From IMG/VR virus record IMGVR_UViG_3300006213_000002, positions 1 to 64,000 of that record: a stretch of DNA of 64,000 bases, one strand, 5' to 3'. Shown here in pieces: positions 40,165-48,958 of the stretch (the first letter of the stretch is position 1; every line of letters begins with the position of its first letter). This stretch comes from an uncultured virus (IMG/VR IMGVR_UViG_3300006213_000002). Its lineage: Duplodnaviria; Heunggongvirae; Uroviricota; Caudoviricetes. The notes below the pieces were generated by a model, which made no database searches, was not told the DNA's origin, and was given only the letters and a program-made list of their open reading frames with translations. The position numbers were made by a program, and so were the translations under genes.

Positions 40165-40199
40165 CTATATACATTTTTTATTATAAAAAATGTATATAG
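40165..40199. repeat. Perfect inverted repeat (17-bp arms) upstream of copy 3
   Basis: ctatatacattttttat-t-ataaaaaatgtatatag. Confidence 0.9.
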
Positions 40200-40217
40200 G
40201 AAAAGAGGTATAACAAT

Positions 40218-40634
40218 ATGAAACAATTAAAGGATAATGGTATAAAAGAATTAATAAGATTAGTTAAAAATGAATTAAAAGGATATAGTAAAACAAATCA
40301 TACTCATAGTAATTATTCATTAGCTACACATAATCATGATAGTGTATATAGTAAAACTAATCATACACATGATTATAGTAATATATATGCAGCTAAAGGT
40401 CATGTTCATGATGATAGATATATAACTACTGAAGTTACAGGACAAGATCAAAAGCATTTAGGAGATTTAACTATTATGGATAAAAACATGATACATATGT
40501 ATGATGATTATAACGATTTACCTAGTACACGTATTAATGGTAATTGTATTAATTTAAGACAAAATGGGAAAACCGTAGTTACCATAACACCACTTGGTAT
40601 AATATCTAATGGTAAATTTGTTGTAAATTTTTAA
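40218..40634 (+). CDS. MKQLKDNG-family His-repeat protein, copy 3 (138 aa)
   Basis: Same first 21 aa as copy 2, four HxH repeats, different beta-rich C-terminus. Confidence 0.8.
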   Translation: MKQLKDNGIKELIRLVKNELKGYSKTNHTHSNYSLATHNHDSVYSKTNHTHDYSNIYAAKGHVHDDRYITTEVTGQDQKHLGDLTIMDKNMIHMYDDYNDLPSTRINGNCINLRQNGKTVVTITPLGIISNGKFVVNF

Positions 40635-40872
40635 AATTATATTAAATACTATTATTAAGATACTAGGATTTGGGATTCATATACTTAGTAATTTTAATAT
40701 AGATAATAAAATGGCAGTAATATTTATAGAAATCATTATAAGTTTACATATTACTAGGAATTACAATATTATATTAATATAATATTAGAGAAAAATAAAG
40801 TTATTTCAATAAATTAAATAAATAATGGGTATCATAATGATACCCATTATTATATATTTTATTTTAACTTTA

Positions 40873-41745
40873 TTAAATTCTTATTACATCCTTTTCTTGT
40901 ACGATAATATATTCATAATCACTTACTTTGGATTCCATATTAATAGTATATGAACGCATCTCGCTATTCCTTTCAATTACATATCCATAACATATACTAC
41001 CATCTTTTTTTCTTATTTTTACTCTATCACCATGTTTAAAATCATTATTCTCATCTTTATTTATGTTTTTAGATATTTGAAGATTATCAGTAGAATATGT
41101 TTTATAATATAATTCTAAAACATATAATGCATATTGTAATGGTATAAATTTTACATTTGTCTTAGTAGTTTTAATTATTCTTTGTTCCATATTTTCTTCA
41201 TCAGATATAATAAATCCTTCTATATCTGATATTTTATTTCTCAGTGTAGCATCATATATACTTGCAACATTTCCTCTAACAATGATTTTAACAGCTGATA
41301 TGTTATCTATAATTATACTATCTTCACCATCTTCTTCACGTTTATCTATTATATATAATCTATTCTCCTTTACTTTATTCTGATAATTTTCAATTATGTA
41401 TAACATGAATTTTTTAATGGTGGTTTTAAATAATGGATTAATTTCATCCCAATATGGAAATTTATCAATGTAAAATGTTTTTGAATATTTCTTAAGTTTA
41501 TCATTATCATCATATACCCCAAATTGGCAATTAGCTATTTCAACATAATCTTTGTCATCATAATCATATATGAGTAATATAGTCTGATAATGTTCCAATG
41601 TAAAAATACACAAATCAATCTGGTTGGTATTTTTATCATAGTATAACATGAATCTATCATTATTAAAAACAATAGGATCATTTTTGATATTATTTTCTTT
41701 AAAGTATTTAGCTGCAATTACAAAATCATATATTGTATAATTCAT
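40873..41745 (-). CDS. Hypothetical protein with a C-terminal SH3/Tudor-like barrel
   Basis: FKHGDRVKIR..GYVIE..YTI. Confidence 0.6.
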   Translation of the reverse strand: MNYTIYDFVIAAKYFKENNIKNDPIVFNNDRFMLYYDKNTNQIDLCIFTLEHYQTILLIYDYDDKDYVEIANCQFGVYDDNDKLKKYSKTFYIDKFPYWDEINPLFKTTIKKFMLYIIENYQNKVKENRLYIIDKREEDGEDSIIIDNISAVKIIVRGNVASIYDATLRNKISDIEGFIISDEENMEQRIIKTTKTNVKFIPLQYALYVLELYYKTYSTDNLQISKNINKDENNDFKHGDRVKIRKKDGSICYGYVIERNSEMRSYTINMESKVSDYEYIIVQEKDVIRI

Positions 41746-41759
41746 TTATATTATTCCTC

Positions 41760-42134
41760 CTATATATTCATTATATATTCAATAAACTTTTTAAGTATAT
41801 CACCATAAACTTTATTCTCTTCTTCCCACATAATTTTATTAAGCTTTACATCTAATGACATCATTGTTACCATTTGTTTTAGATTAAATGAATTATTTAC
41901 ATAACCATATCTTGTAGGATGATAGAATTCAAAATTATCTCTAATATAATATAAAAGACAAATGCATTTATATCTACCTTTAACTTTGAGACATATGTCA
42001 ATCTCATTATTATGATGCAATAAAATTCTAAACATTTTCTTTTCAAGTATAACATCATAATACTTATGATCATTATTACCTTTCTTACAGATAGATCTTA
42101 CCTTGTCAAATAAATCTCTAAAAGTTCCTTCCAT
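41760..42134 (-). CDS. Hypothetical protein
   Basis: 124 aa; AAGGAGG RBS. Confidence 0.65.
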   Translation of the reverse strand: MEGTFRDLFDKVRSICKKGNNDHKYYDVILEKKMFRILLHHNNEIDICLKVKGRYKCICLLYYIRDNFEFYHPTRYGYVNNSFNLKQMVTMMSLDVKLNKIMWEEENKVYGDILKKFIEYIMNI

Positions 42135-42182
42135 ATATAGATTCCTCCTTAAAATATATTTTTATTACATTATAAAAATATA

Positions 42183-44504
42183 TCATTTAGAATCATATCC
42201 TATTTTCTTTGCTATAGCATATGATTCTAATAATTTTAATTCATCTAATTCATTTTGATCTATTACTAATAATGACCATTCATCTGGTATCACTAGATGT
42301 CTTACATCCAAATTGAATTCAGGATGTTTAACTATCAATCTATTCCAATAATAAACATTTGCTAAATGTTCTGCATACATCTGTATACAAGTAAACATAA
42401 CACGTTTATTAGGAGTATTAAAAATAGTATGGTTTAATGCTAAACAATATTGACAGCTATTATTTATAGGACACTCATAACAAATATCATTTGTACTACC
42501 TCTTCTTGTAACATTATCTAATATCTCTGTAATTTCATTATTATCTGCTCTACTAATAACTCCATTATCAATATTACCTATACATAGATCTTTAACATCA
42601 TTACCAACACTAGTTGGCATATATCTAATACATGGATAAAAATCTCCATTAGGTCTAATTGCAAACATTGAAAGTTCTCCGCCGCAGGCTGCACCATCCA
42701 TAGATTTTTCACTAGGACCTTCTTGTCTATCTCTAAATATAGCAATATAAATATTATATAGATCATTATCAATAATATAGTCAGCTAATTTCTTTAATTG
42801 ATTATATTCTTCTAATGCTGTTTCCTGATTCCATCCTTCTTCGAATATGCAATTTAAATTAATAGACATCATTCCTTTATTAATAAAATCTATTACTGAT
42901 TCATATAAATATTTCATGTTAGAAGGTGACAATGTCATTTTACTATTTCTTTCAGATGTATAATTATCATTAAAATGATTTAATGCCAGCATATCAATAT
43001 CATATGATCCTTCTCCATTTGGTTGAATCCTACACGTATCATGTAATTCTCTATTACCATCTATAGATATATTAAATGAAATATTTTGAATGTAATCTTT
43101 AAAGAAATCTTGTACATCTTTTTCAAAATATGCCAATCCATTAGAGCATATAGATAATCTATGTAATTTAAACCACGGATGATTTAAATCATAACATCTA
43201 TCAAGAAAATATTCATATATTTGTCTGATTAGTTTAATTTCTAACAAAGGTTCTCCACCTATAAATTCTATTATTATAGCAGGAGAATTATATCTATTAA
43301 TATATCCATATTCATCATTCAATAATTTATCAATAAATTTCTTAGCAGTTTCAAATTCCATTCTCATTGGAGTTTTATTGAACTGATAACAATTATGCAC
43401 CAATAAGTTATTTGCTATATACGTATGAGATTCAGTTTCAAAATTATATACATCTTTTTCTCCTAAATCATAACTACATTCTATATTATACCAACCTGGC
43501 TCAATATAGATAGGAGCACAAGTATATGATCTCTCAAACCCTTTAACTGCCTTTCCTATTTCCATTTCTTCTAAACATACCAAAGAATCTTCTGTTTCAT
43601 TTATTTCATCAATTCGTTTCCAACCTTTACTTGTTAATATAGGATGCTCTTCAGTAATAAATATATGAATATCACCACTATGATTTAGTTGTAATTCATT
43701 TTTTCCTCCATATATAGTAATCATGAATACCTTACTTTTTCTATGGAATAATTTAGTTACTTTAGTAGGATATAATTTATTTTGACTATCTAAATCTTCA
43801 TTGAATCCTAATACTATATCTCCTACTTGAATATCTTCTATTTTCTTTGTACTATAATCTGCCATCTTTATATCAGTACCTTTAATAAGGCAATATGTAC
43901 ATTGTAATGAACAACGTTCAGTAACTTGAAAAGTTAATGAATGTGTAAATACCTCCTTATCGGCACCTGTGCCTATTATATGTTGCTCTTTATTCTCAAA
44001 TAATTCAGGATAAGCTTTAGCTATAGCATCATTATAAGAATCAGTGTTATACCTAAAATAATCATTAGGAAATATATTTAATACTTCATTGTCTTCTAAT
44101 GTATCATTTAAATAATTTATATATTTTTCATTTTCTGATATGATATCCATATCAAATCTAACATTAATACTATCTATCTTTACATCTCGTATTAATATGT
44201 CTTTAATATAATATTTTGGATTACCTATTTCAGGTGGTGTATATAATACATCTAATAATAATGCATGACAGAATTCTCCAAATAAATTTCTTAGGTCGAT
44301 TGCTTTAGCGGTAAATTCTTTTTGTAAATCAGGTAATGTAATTTGGTTCTTATTATGATTTATCATATATTTAATTCTAAATAATAAACTATCTAATTCT
44401 AATGATGTACGATCTAAATCATATCCATTAAATAATTTAACACACATTGTATCAAATTGGTGTTTATATAAAACTATATTTTTTGTAAGTTTATATACAT
44501 TCAT
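42183..44504 (-). CDS. Radical SAM/SPASM peptide-maturase-like enzyme (CXXX-repeat maturase type) with mini-intein and N-terminal extension
   Basis: Spliced TFQVTERCSLQCTYCYQ; EFIGGEP, SNG, SIDG..HDTCR; SPASM CGG..GDFYPCIRY..CYECP..CQYC..C. Confidence 0.85.
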   Translation of the reverse strand: MNVYKLTKNIVLYKHQFDTMCVKLFNGYDLDRTSLELDSLLFRIKYMINHNKNQITLPDLQKEFTAKAIDLRNLFGEFCHALLLDVLYTPPEIGNPKYYIKDILIRDVKIDSINVRFDMDIISENEKYINYLNDTLEDNEVLNIFPNDYFRYNTDSYNDAIAKAYPELFENKEQHIIGTGADKEVFTHSLTFQVTERCSLQCTYCLIKGTDIKMADYSTKKIEDIQVGDIVLGFNEDLDSQNKLYPTKVTKLFHRKSKVFMITIYGGKNELQLNHSGDIHIFITEEHPILTSKGWKRIDEINETEDSLVCLEEMEIGKAVKGFERSYTCAPIYIEPGWYNIECSYDLGEKDVYNFETESHTYIANNLLVHNCYQFNKTPMRMEFETAKKFIDKLLNDEYGYINRYNSPAIIIEFIGGEPLLEIKLIRQIYEYFLDRCYDLNHPWFKLHRLSICSNGLAYFEKDVQDFFKDYIQNISFNISIDGNRELHDTCRIQPNGEGSYDIDMLALNHFNDNYTSERNSKMTLSPSNMKYLYESVIDFINKGMMSINLNCIFEEGWNQETALEEYNQLKKLADYIIDNDLYNIYIAIFRDRQEGPSEKSMDGAACGGELSMFAIRPNGDFYPCIRYMPTSVGNDVKDLCIGNIDNGVISRADNNEITEILDNVTRRGSTNDICYECPINNSCQYCLALNHTIFNTPNKRVMFTCIQMYAEHLANVYYWNRLIVKHPEFNLDVRHLVIPDEWSLLVIDQNELDELKLLESYAIAKKIGYDSK
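43392..43892 (-). mobile_element. Mini-intein (167 aa, no endonuclease)
   Basis: Starts CLIKGT; block B ITEEHP; block F VYNFET; ends VHN before Cys. Confidence 0.93.
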
Positions 44505-44592
44505 AATGTTATCCTCCTAATTAATATAATTATATTAATATTGTATAAAATGAATAAAAAATAATATATGGAGATATTATCTCCATATATTA

Positions 44593-44739
44593 TTAATCAT
44601 TATTTTCATTTAACATAGTAATATATGTATCACATTTATCTTTATTAATACATATATTGCATTGTTCTATAATAACGTATTCTCCATTAGGTTTATTTGG
44701 ACAAGGGAATTTTATATTATTTTCTTTATTCATTTCCAT
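44593..44739 (-). CDS. 48-aa Cys-rich peptide (below ORF-track cutoff)
   Basis: AAGGAGGTG RBS; MEMNKENNIKFPCPNKPNGEYVIIEQCNICINKDKCDTYITMLNENND. Confidence 0.7.
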   Translation of the reverse strand: MEMNKENNIKFPCPNKPNGEYVIIEQCNICINKDKCDTYITMLNENND

Positions 44740-44772
44740 TACACCTCCTTTTATGAATAACGTTATTAATAT

Positions 44773-45591
44773 TTAATCTATAAGCTTTATTTCTTCTGGT
44801 ACATATTCTTTCTCCTTTATTGTATTATATTTCTCTAATATCTCTTTTACTTTCAATCTTACTTTATCTGATACATTATCGATTTTACCTTTATCAATCA
44901 TAGTCAATGCATTATATTGAGTAATACAAGGTTTACATCTTTTACATGGTACATTATATTCTGATGGGTTTTCACATGTCCATGTCATATCAAATAAATC
45001 ATACTCTATAAGTTTAATAATAATCTTATATTTTTCCATCATTAAATATGGCTCTCTCAAAATTAAATTCTTTTTTAATAGTCCATTGATTCCTTCAAAA
45101 AATTTTTGGTATGATGCCTGATTTGTATAAAATGTTAAATCATCATCTTTAATAGCTCCAGTATAAATATATGCATTATCACATGAATATACTGATGCCA
45201 AAGATAACCAAAATACTGATTGACCATATCCTGCATTCAAATGAAATGGTCCAGTCATACCTGTAGATTTATAAGACATGGTTAATGTAAAATGTCTAAA
45301 TTGAGAATAATGATCTCCTAATCTGTCACAATATGATTTAAATAATTCCCTAGAAGCATTTTCATTCTTAATTTTCATTGGTAATAAACATTCAGGTTCA
45401 AATGATACTGCAGTAACATGATTTGATCCGTATTTCTGTAATAATTCATATAACAATAAAGTTGAATCTGTTCCTCCACTCCATAAAACAAAATGATGTT
45501 GGTGTTTATCGCTATAATCATGATATATTAAATCTAATAAATTATCTTTACCACTAGTAAATACGTCTATATATTTTCTTTCTACACACAT
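44773..45591 (-). CDS. QueC-like PP-loop ATPase (7-cyano-7-deazaguanine synthase family)
   Basis: VLWSGGTDS PP-loop; TWTC..PCKRCKPC Zn site. Confidence 0.75.
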   Translation of the reverse strand: MCVERKYIDVFTSGKDNLLDLIYHDYSDKHQHHFVLWSGGTDSTLLLYELLQKYGSNHVTAVSFEPECLLPMKIKNENASRELFKSYCDRLGDHYSQFRHFTLTMSYKSTGMTGPFHLNAGYGQSVFWLSLASVYSCDNAYIYTGAIKDDDLTFYTNQASYQKFFEGINGLLKKNLILREPYLMMEKYKIIIKLIEYDLFDMTWTCENPSEYNVPCKRCKPCITQYNALTMIDKGKIDNVSDKVRLKVKEILEKYNTIKEKEYVPEEIKLID

Positions 45592-45673
45592 AATAATTCT
45601 CCTTAAAATAAAAATAAAGAAGGTTCATATGAACCTTCTTTAATATAGTTGGGTTATCGTTTTATTCGAGGGA

Positions 45674-45967
45674 TTAACACGGTTCACAAAAACTATTCAG
45701 ATAGTCTTCTTTAGTGAACCGTAAGGCATATGACTTAATGTCATTTAATCGTATACAATCTTTGAATACAGGTATTCCCTCATTATACCTATAACCTTCA
45801 ACTGTATACGTAGATGCAATCTTTTCATTTGGATACATTTTAAGATAGAATGTTTTAAATCTTAAAATAAATCCATTTCCAATACCAGTAGTTTTTACCA
45901 TGGTATGAGGTAAAATAAAACACTCACTTATTTCATTTTCCGATTTAAATCGTATATATGTTGCCAT
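45674..45967 (-). CDS. Hypothetical protein
   Basis: 97 aa, abutting the upstream gene. Confidence 0.5.
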   Translation of the reverse strand: MATYIRFKSENEISECFILPHTMVKTTGIGNGFILRFKTFYLKMYPNEKIASTYTVEGYRYNEGIPVFKDCIRLNDIKSYALRFTKEDYLNSFCEPC

Positions 45968-45968
45968 T

Positions 45969-46541
45969 TTACTTTACTACGTTTCCGTTAAGATCCTTAC
46001 GTACCTTAGAAACAATACATGGCTTTGGAACAGGAGACTTAGTTCTTACCTGAACATAATCCTTAGTTGTTGTTGTTACCGATCCTACAACCTGCTTAGA
46101 ATTAATATCCCTTACATCTGATGTCTTGATTTTACCTTCAACAGGTGCAAGATATACAGAACCCTGTACAGTAGGCATATTTGGAAGATCAAACTTTTTA
46201 CCAGACTTAAGCTGTTCCATAACAATATAAGGAATAGCTTCTGCCAATCCGGTTGTAACAATTTCTGTTGTCTTAAGAACATCTGCTTCAGACTTCTGAG
46301 GCCACTTAGCCTTTTCCAATGTCTTCTGTAAATCAGATCTGATCAATTCAGAAATATTTACTGTCTCTGTCTCATTTCCATCCTTATCAAAAGTTTTGAT
46401 ACCGAAACTTGTGTCATTAGCCAATGCACTTACAGTATTACTGAATCCAACTTTTGAAAATGACCCTTTACCTGTCATAATCTCATTGATCTTATCCTGG
46501 CCCTTAATTGAACCAAGAACATCGTTTACCATTTTACTCAT
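45969..46541 (-). CDS. Probably abundant protein, possibly HU/IHF-like DNA-binding
   Basis: AGGAGG RBS; distinct codon usage; C-terminal half LKSGKKFDLP..GSVYL..arm..VQVRTK follows HU topology. Confidence 0.45.
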   Translation of the reverse strand: MSKMVNDVLGSIKGQDKINEIMTGKGSFSKVGFSNTVSALANDTSFGIKTFDKDGNETETVNISELIRSDLQKTLEKAKWPQKSEADVLKTTEIVTTGLAEAIPYIVMEQLKSGKKFDLPNMPTVQGSVYLAPVEGKIKTSDVRDINSKQVVGSVTTTTKDYVQVRTKSPVPKPCIVSKVRKDLNGNVVK

Positions 46542-46760
46542 GATAAAATTCCTCCTATTAATTTTTATTTAGTTATTGCCCAATATATTGAACAATTTAC
46601 ATTATTGGTATATATTGAAATAATTTTTATATAGTAATTACTGCTAATAATATAAATAAATTCAATATATCCCATTAATAATATATATGTGAAAATAAAA
46701 GCTCCTGGGATTTTCTCAGGAGCTTTTATTTAACTATAAAGGAAAAAGATCTTTATTACT

Positions 46761-47183
46761 TTATTTATTATTTTCTAATCTTTGTATTTCTTCTTGGAAC
46801 TGTTCAGTCATATCTAATACTATAGCATATTCCCTATCCAGTTCTTCTTTTTCTTTCTTTAATTCAATAAATTTTTCTTTTAAATTTTCAGCATCTTCAA
46901 ATATACCATCATCTATATAATGAGCATTATTTGTAGTTCTAGTATTTTTCAATATAGCCATATTGGTATTCATGATTAATAGCATCATGTCATGAGCTAA
47001 AAATTGTATTTCTTTATCCTTTTTTGAAAGTTTTTGTTTTAACTTTTTTTCTTTCTCAATAAATGTACTTTGTTCATCTATTTTATTTATTACCTTATCT
47101 TGTCTCTTCTGAATTATCAATGTAATCACTGAGAATACAGATGTGATTAAAGCGATAATTACTGCTGATGTCCATTCGTTCAT
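46761..47183 (-). CDS. Single-TM coiled-coil protein (holin-like candidate)
   Basis: N-terminal AVIIALITSVFSVITLII, then a charged coiled coil. Confidence 0.55.
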   Translation of the reverse strand: MNEWTSAVIIALITSVFSVITLIIQKRQDKVINKIDEQSTFIEKEKKLKQKLSKKDKEIQFLAHDMMLLIMNTNMAILKNTRTTNNAHYIDDGIFEDAENLKEKFIELKKEKEELDREYAIVLDMTEQFQEEIQRLENNK

Positions 47184-47210
47184 ATTTTATCTCCTCCCTC
47201 TAAGTTTTCA

Positions 47211-47828
47211 TTACGACATAATTCTATATCTTATTTCTGAAGAAAGAGATCTATGTATTCTCACGCTTTCTTCATATTGTTTTAATTTAATTTTTATAAG
47301 TAAAATAAAAATTAAAATGAGAATTATACAACATACAAAAGTAAATACCCAAATATTTTTTACTTGATGTTTACTCATGTATATCATTACAAGACATTTA
47401 TTATTTTGATTATCAGTAATCCATCTAAAATAAATATCTTCTTCCATATCATTTATTCTTATACATGTATGGCCTTCTTCATGTTCCTTTAATAAATCTA
47501 TTAATCCAGATTCATTTCTTATATCTTTACTAATATATTCATCATCTTCTTTAAATTGAATACGAAAAATTTGTTCAAAATCTTCAGAATACATTTCAAT
47601 CATTTTATATGAACCAGGTCTAAATGAAATAATCTTCTCAGCAAATTCATTATGTAAATCCATATTAGTTTCACTATGGACCATTAATAATTGCTCCTCA
47701 TTAGATATAATTATTTCATTCATTTTAGATCTAGTAAAGTACATCAAATAACAAATGCATATTGCAATTAGAACTATAATTCCAATTTCAAATTTATAAT
47801 TGTTACTTCTTGACTTCATATTAGACAA
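47211..47828 (-). CDS. Two-TM membrane protein with an extracytoplasmic Cache/PAS-like domain
   Basis: TM near aa 14-31 and 160-180 flanking an alpha/beta domain; start codon uncertain (TTG 47828 or ATG 47819). Confidence 0.55.
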   Translation of the reverse strand: MSNMKSRSNNYKFEIGIIVLIAICICYLMYFTRSKMNEIIISNEEQLLMVHSETNMDLHNEFAEKIISFRPGSYKMIEMYSEDFEQIFRIQFKEDDEYISKDIRNESGLIDLLKEHEEGHTCIRINDMEEDIYFRWITDNQNNKCLVMIYMSKHQVKNIWVFTFVCCIILILIFILLIKIKLKQYEESVRIHRSLSSEIRYRIMS

Positions 47829-47900
47829 CTCCTTTCTTTATAATATTCTATTTACATGACTGTAAAAATAATAAGAAGGGGAATTAATTCCCCTTCTTAT

Positions 47901-48881
47901 TTATCTTCCATATAATCTATAAATAGCTTGTACTGAATCTCCATCTGTAAGAGCTATAGACGGTCTAGTAAAATGTGTAAACATTCTAATTGATTCATAA
48001 TCCCCTAATTGGTTATTATACCATCCTGATACTAATGCTAATTCATTTACACGTGGTATAGAATTAGTAGTAGTAAACCATCCCCTGCCATCATCAAGAT
48101 CAATAGATATATTCATCTCTACATATGATTCAATTGGTATACTAGATGTTGATGCAAAAACGGTATCATCTACTATAGAAAATTCTTTTCTATTACCAGT
48201 AGCCCATACATGTACAATATGCGGTTTAGGATTATCAAATGTTTTTATATATGATGAAGTAATAATTTCGTTTGATCCTTGTTTTACAGATTTTGCATTA
48301 CCAAAATATTTTCCTTGTGGTAAATCAAAACCATCATTTGACATTCTAAACGGTACCGCTCTAAATAAAGTTCTATCCTTATAATTAGGAGCTATAGCAG
48401 TTGTACCATCACCTTTAGCTCCTCCATCTCCCATCATAAAACCAAATATAAAATTATTAGCTGATATATTAATACCAGGATTAATTTGCATTGCTCCATT
48501 AGTAATAGAACATTCAGCATTATAATGAATTGAATTATATTGTTCTCTCTGTACACCTATCTTCATTAGTGGTGCTTCGTCATTAAGATCTCCAACTCGT
48601 AATGTTGTTTCCTGATCTAATCCAATATTAAATAGTTTATCAAATGCAAATTGATAACCTCCTATAGGAACTATATTTGGTAATATTTCTGTTACTTCAT
48701 CAAATTCAGTTCTATAATTTTCATTTCCATATGGATCAATATAATGAACTACATGTCTTCCTTTACCAAATATTACTTCACCTTTAAATCCGCCTAATTC
48801 TTTTTCTGTTGTTGATACTTTATCTCTTATATTAATTCTTTTTATTCTATTTTTTCTATTCCATTTATTTGTTGAGCCCAT
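47901..48881 (-). CDS. Probable virion (baseplate/tail) protein
   Basis: Beta-rich; GFMMGDGG, NELALVSG, C-terminal AIYRLY. Confidence 0.55.
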   Translation of the reverse strand: MGSTNKWNRKNRIKRINIRDKVSTTEKELGGFKGEVIFGKGRHVVHYIDPYGNENYRTEFDEVTEILPNIVPIGGYQFAFDKLFNIGLDQETTLRVGDLNDEAPLMKIGVQREQYNSIHYNAECSITNGAMQINPGINISANNFIFGFMMGDGGAKGDGTTAIAPNYKDRTLFRAVPFRMSNDGFDLPQGKYFGNAKSVKQGSNEIITSSYIKTFDNPKPHIVHVWATGNRKEFSIVDDTVFASTSSIPIESYVEMNISIDLDDGRGWFTTTNSIPRVNELALVSGWYNNQLGDYESIRMFTHFTRPSIALTDGDSVQAIYRLYGR

Positions 48882-48958
48882 CTTTATTCTTTCCTTTCTA
48901 TACTTATAATTTAAACGTTACTCTTAGGTTTATAAAAACTCGCAAAGGAGATTTATAT

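Noticed and set aside
44773..45591. Complete 7-deazaguanine DNA modification system
   Set aside because: Only a QueC-like gene is visible, and the neighbouring radical SAM is SPASM-type rather than QueE.
48869..48958. TTG start extending the 469-aa ORF
   Set aside because: Overlaps the divergent gene; the RBS supports ATG at 48959.
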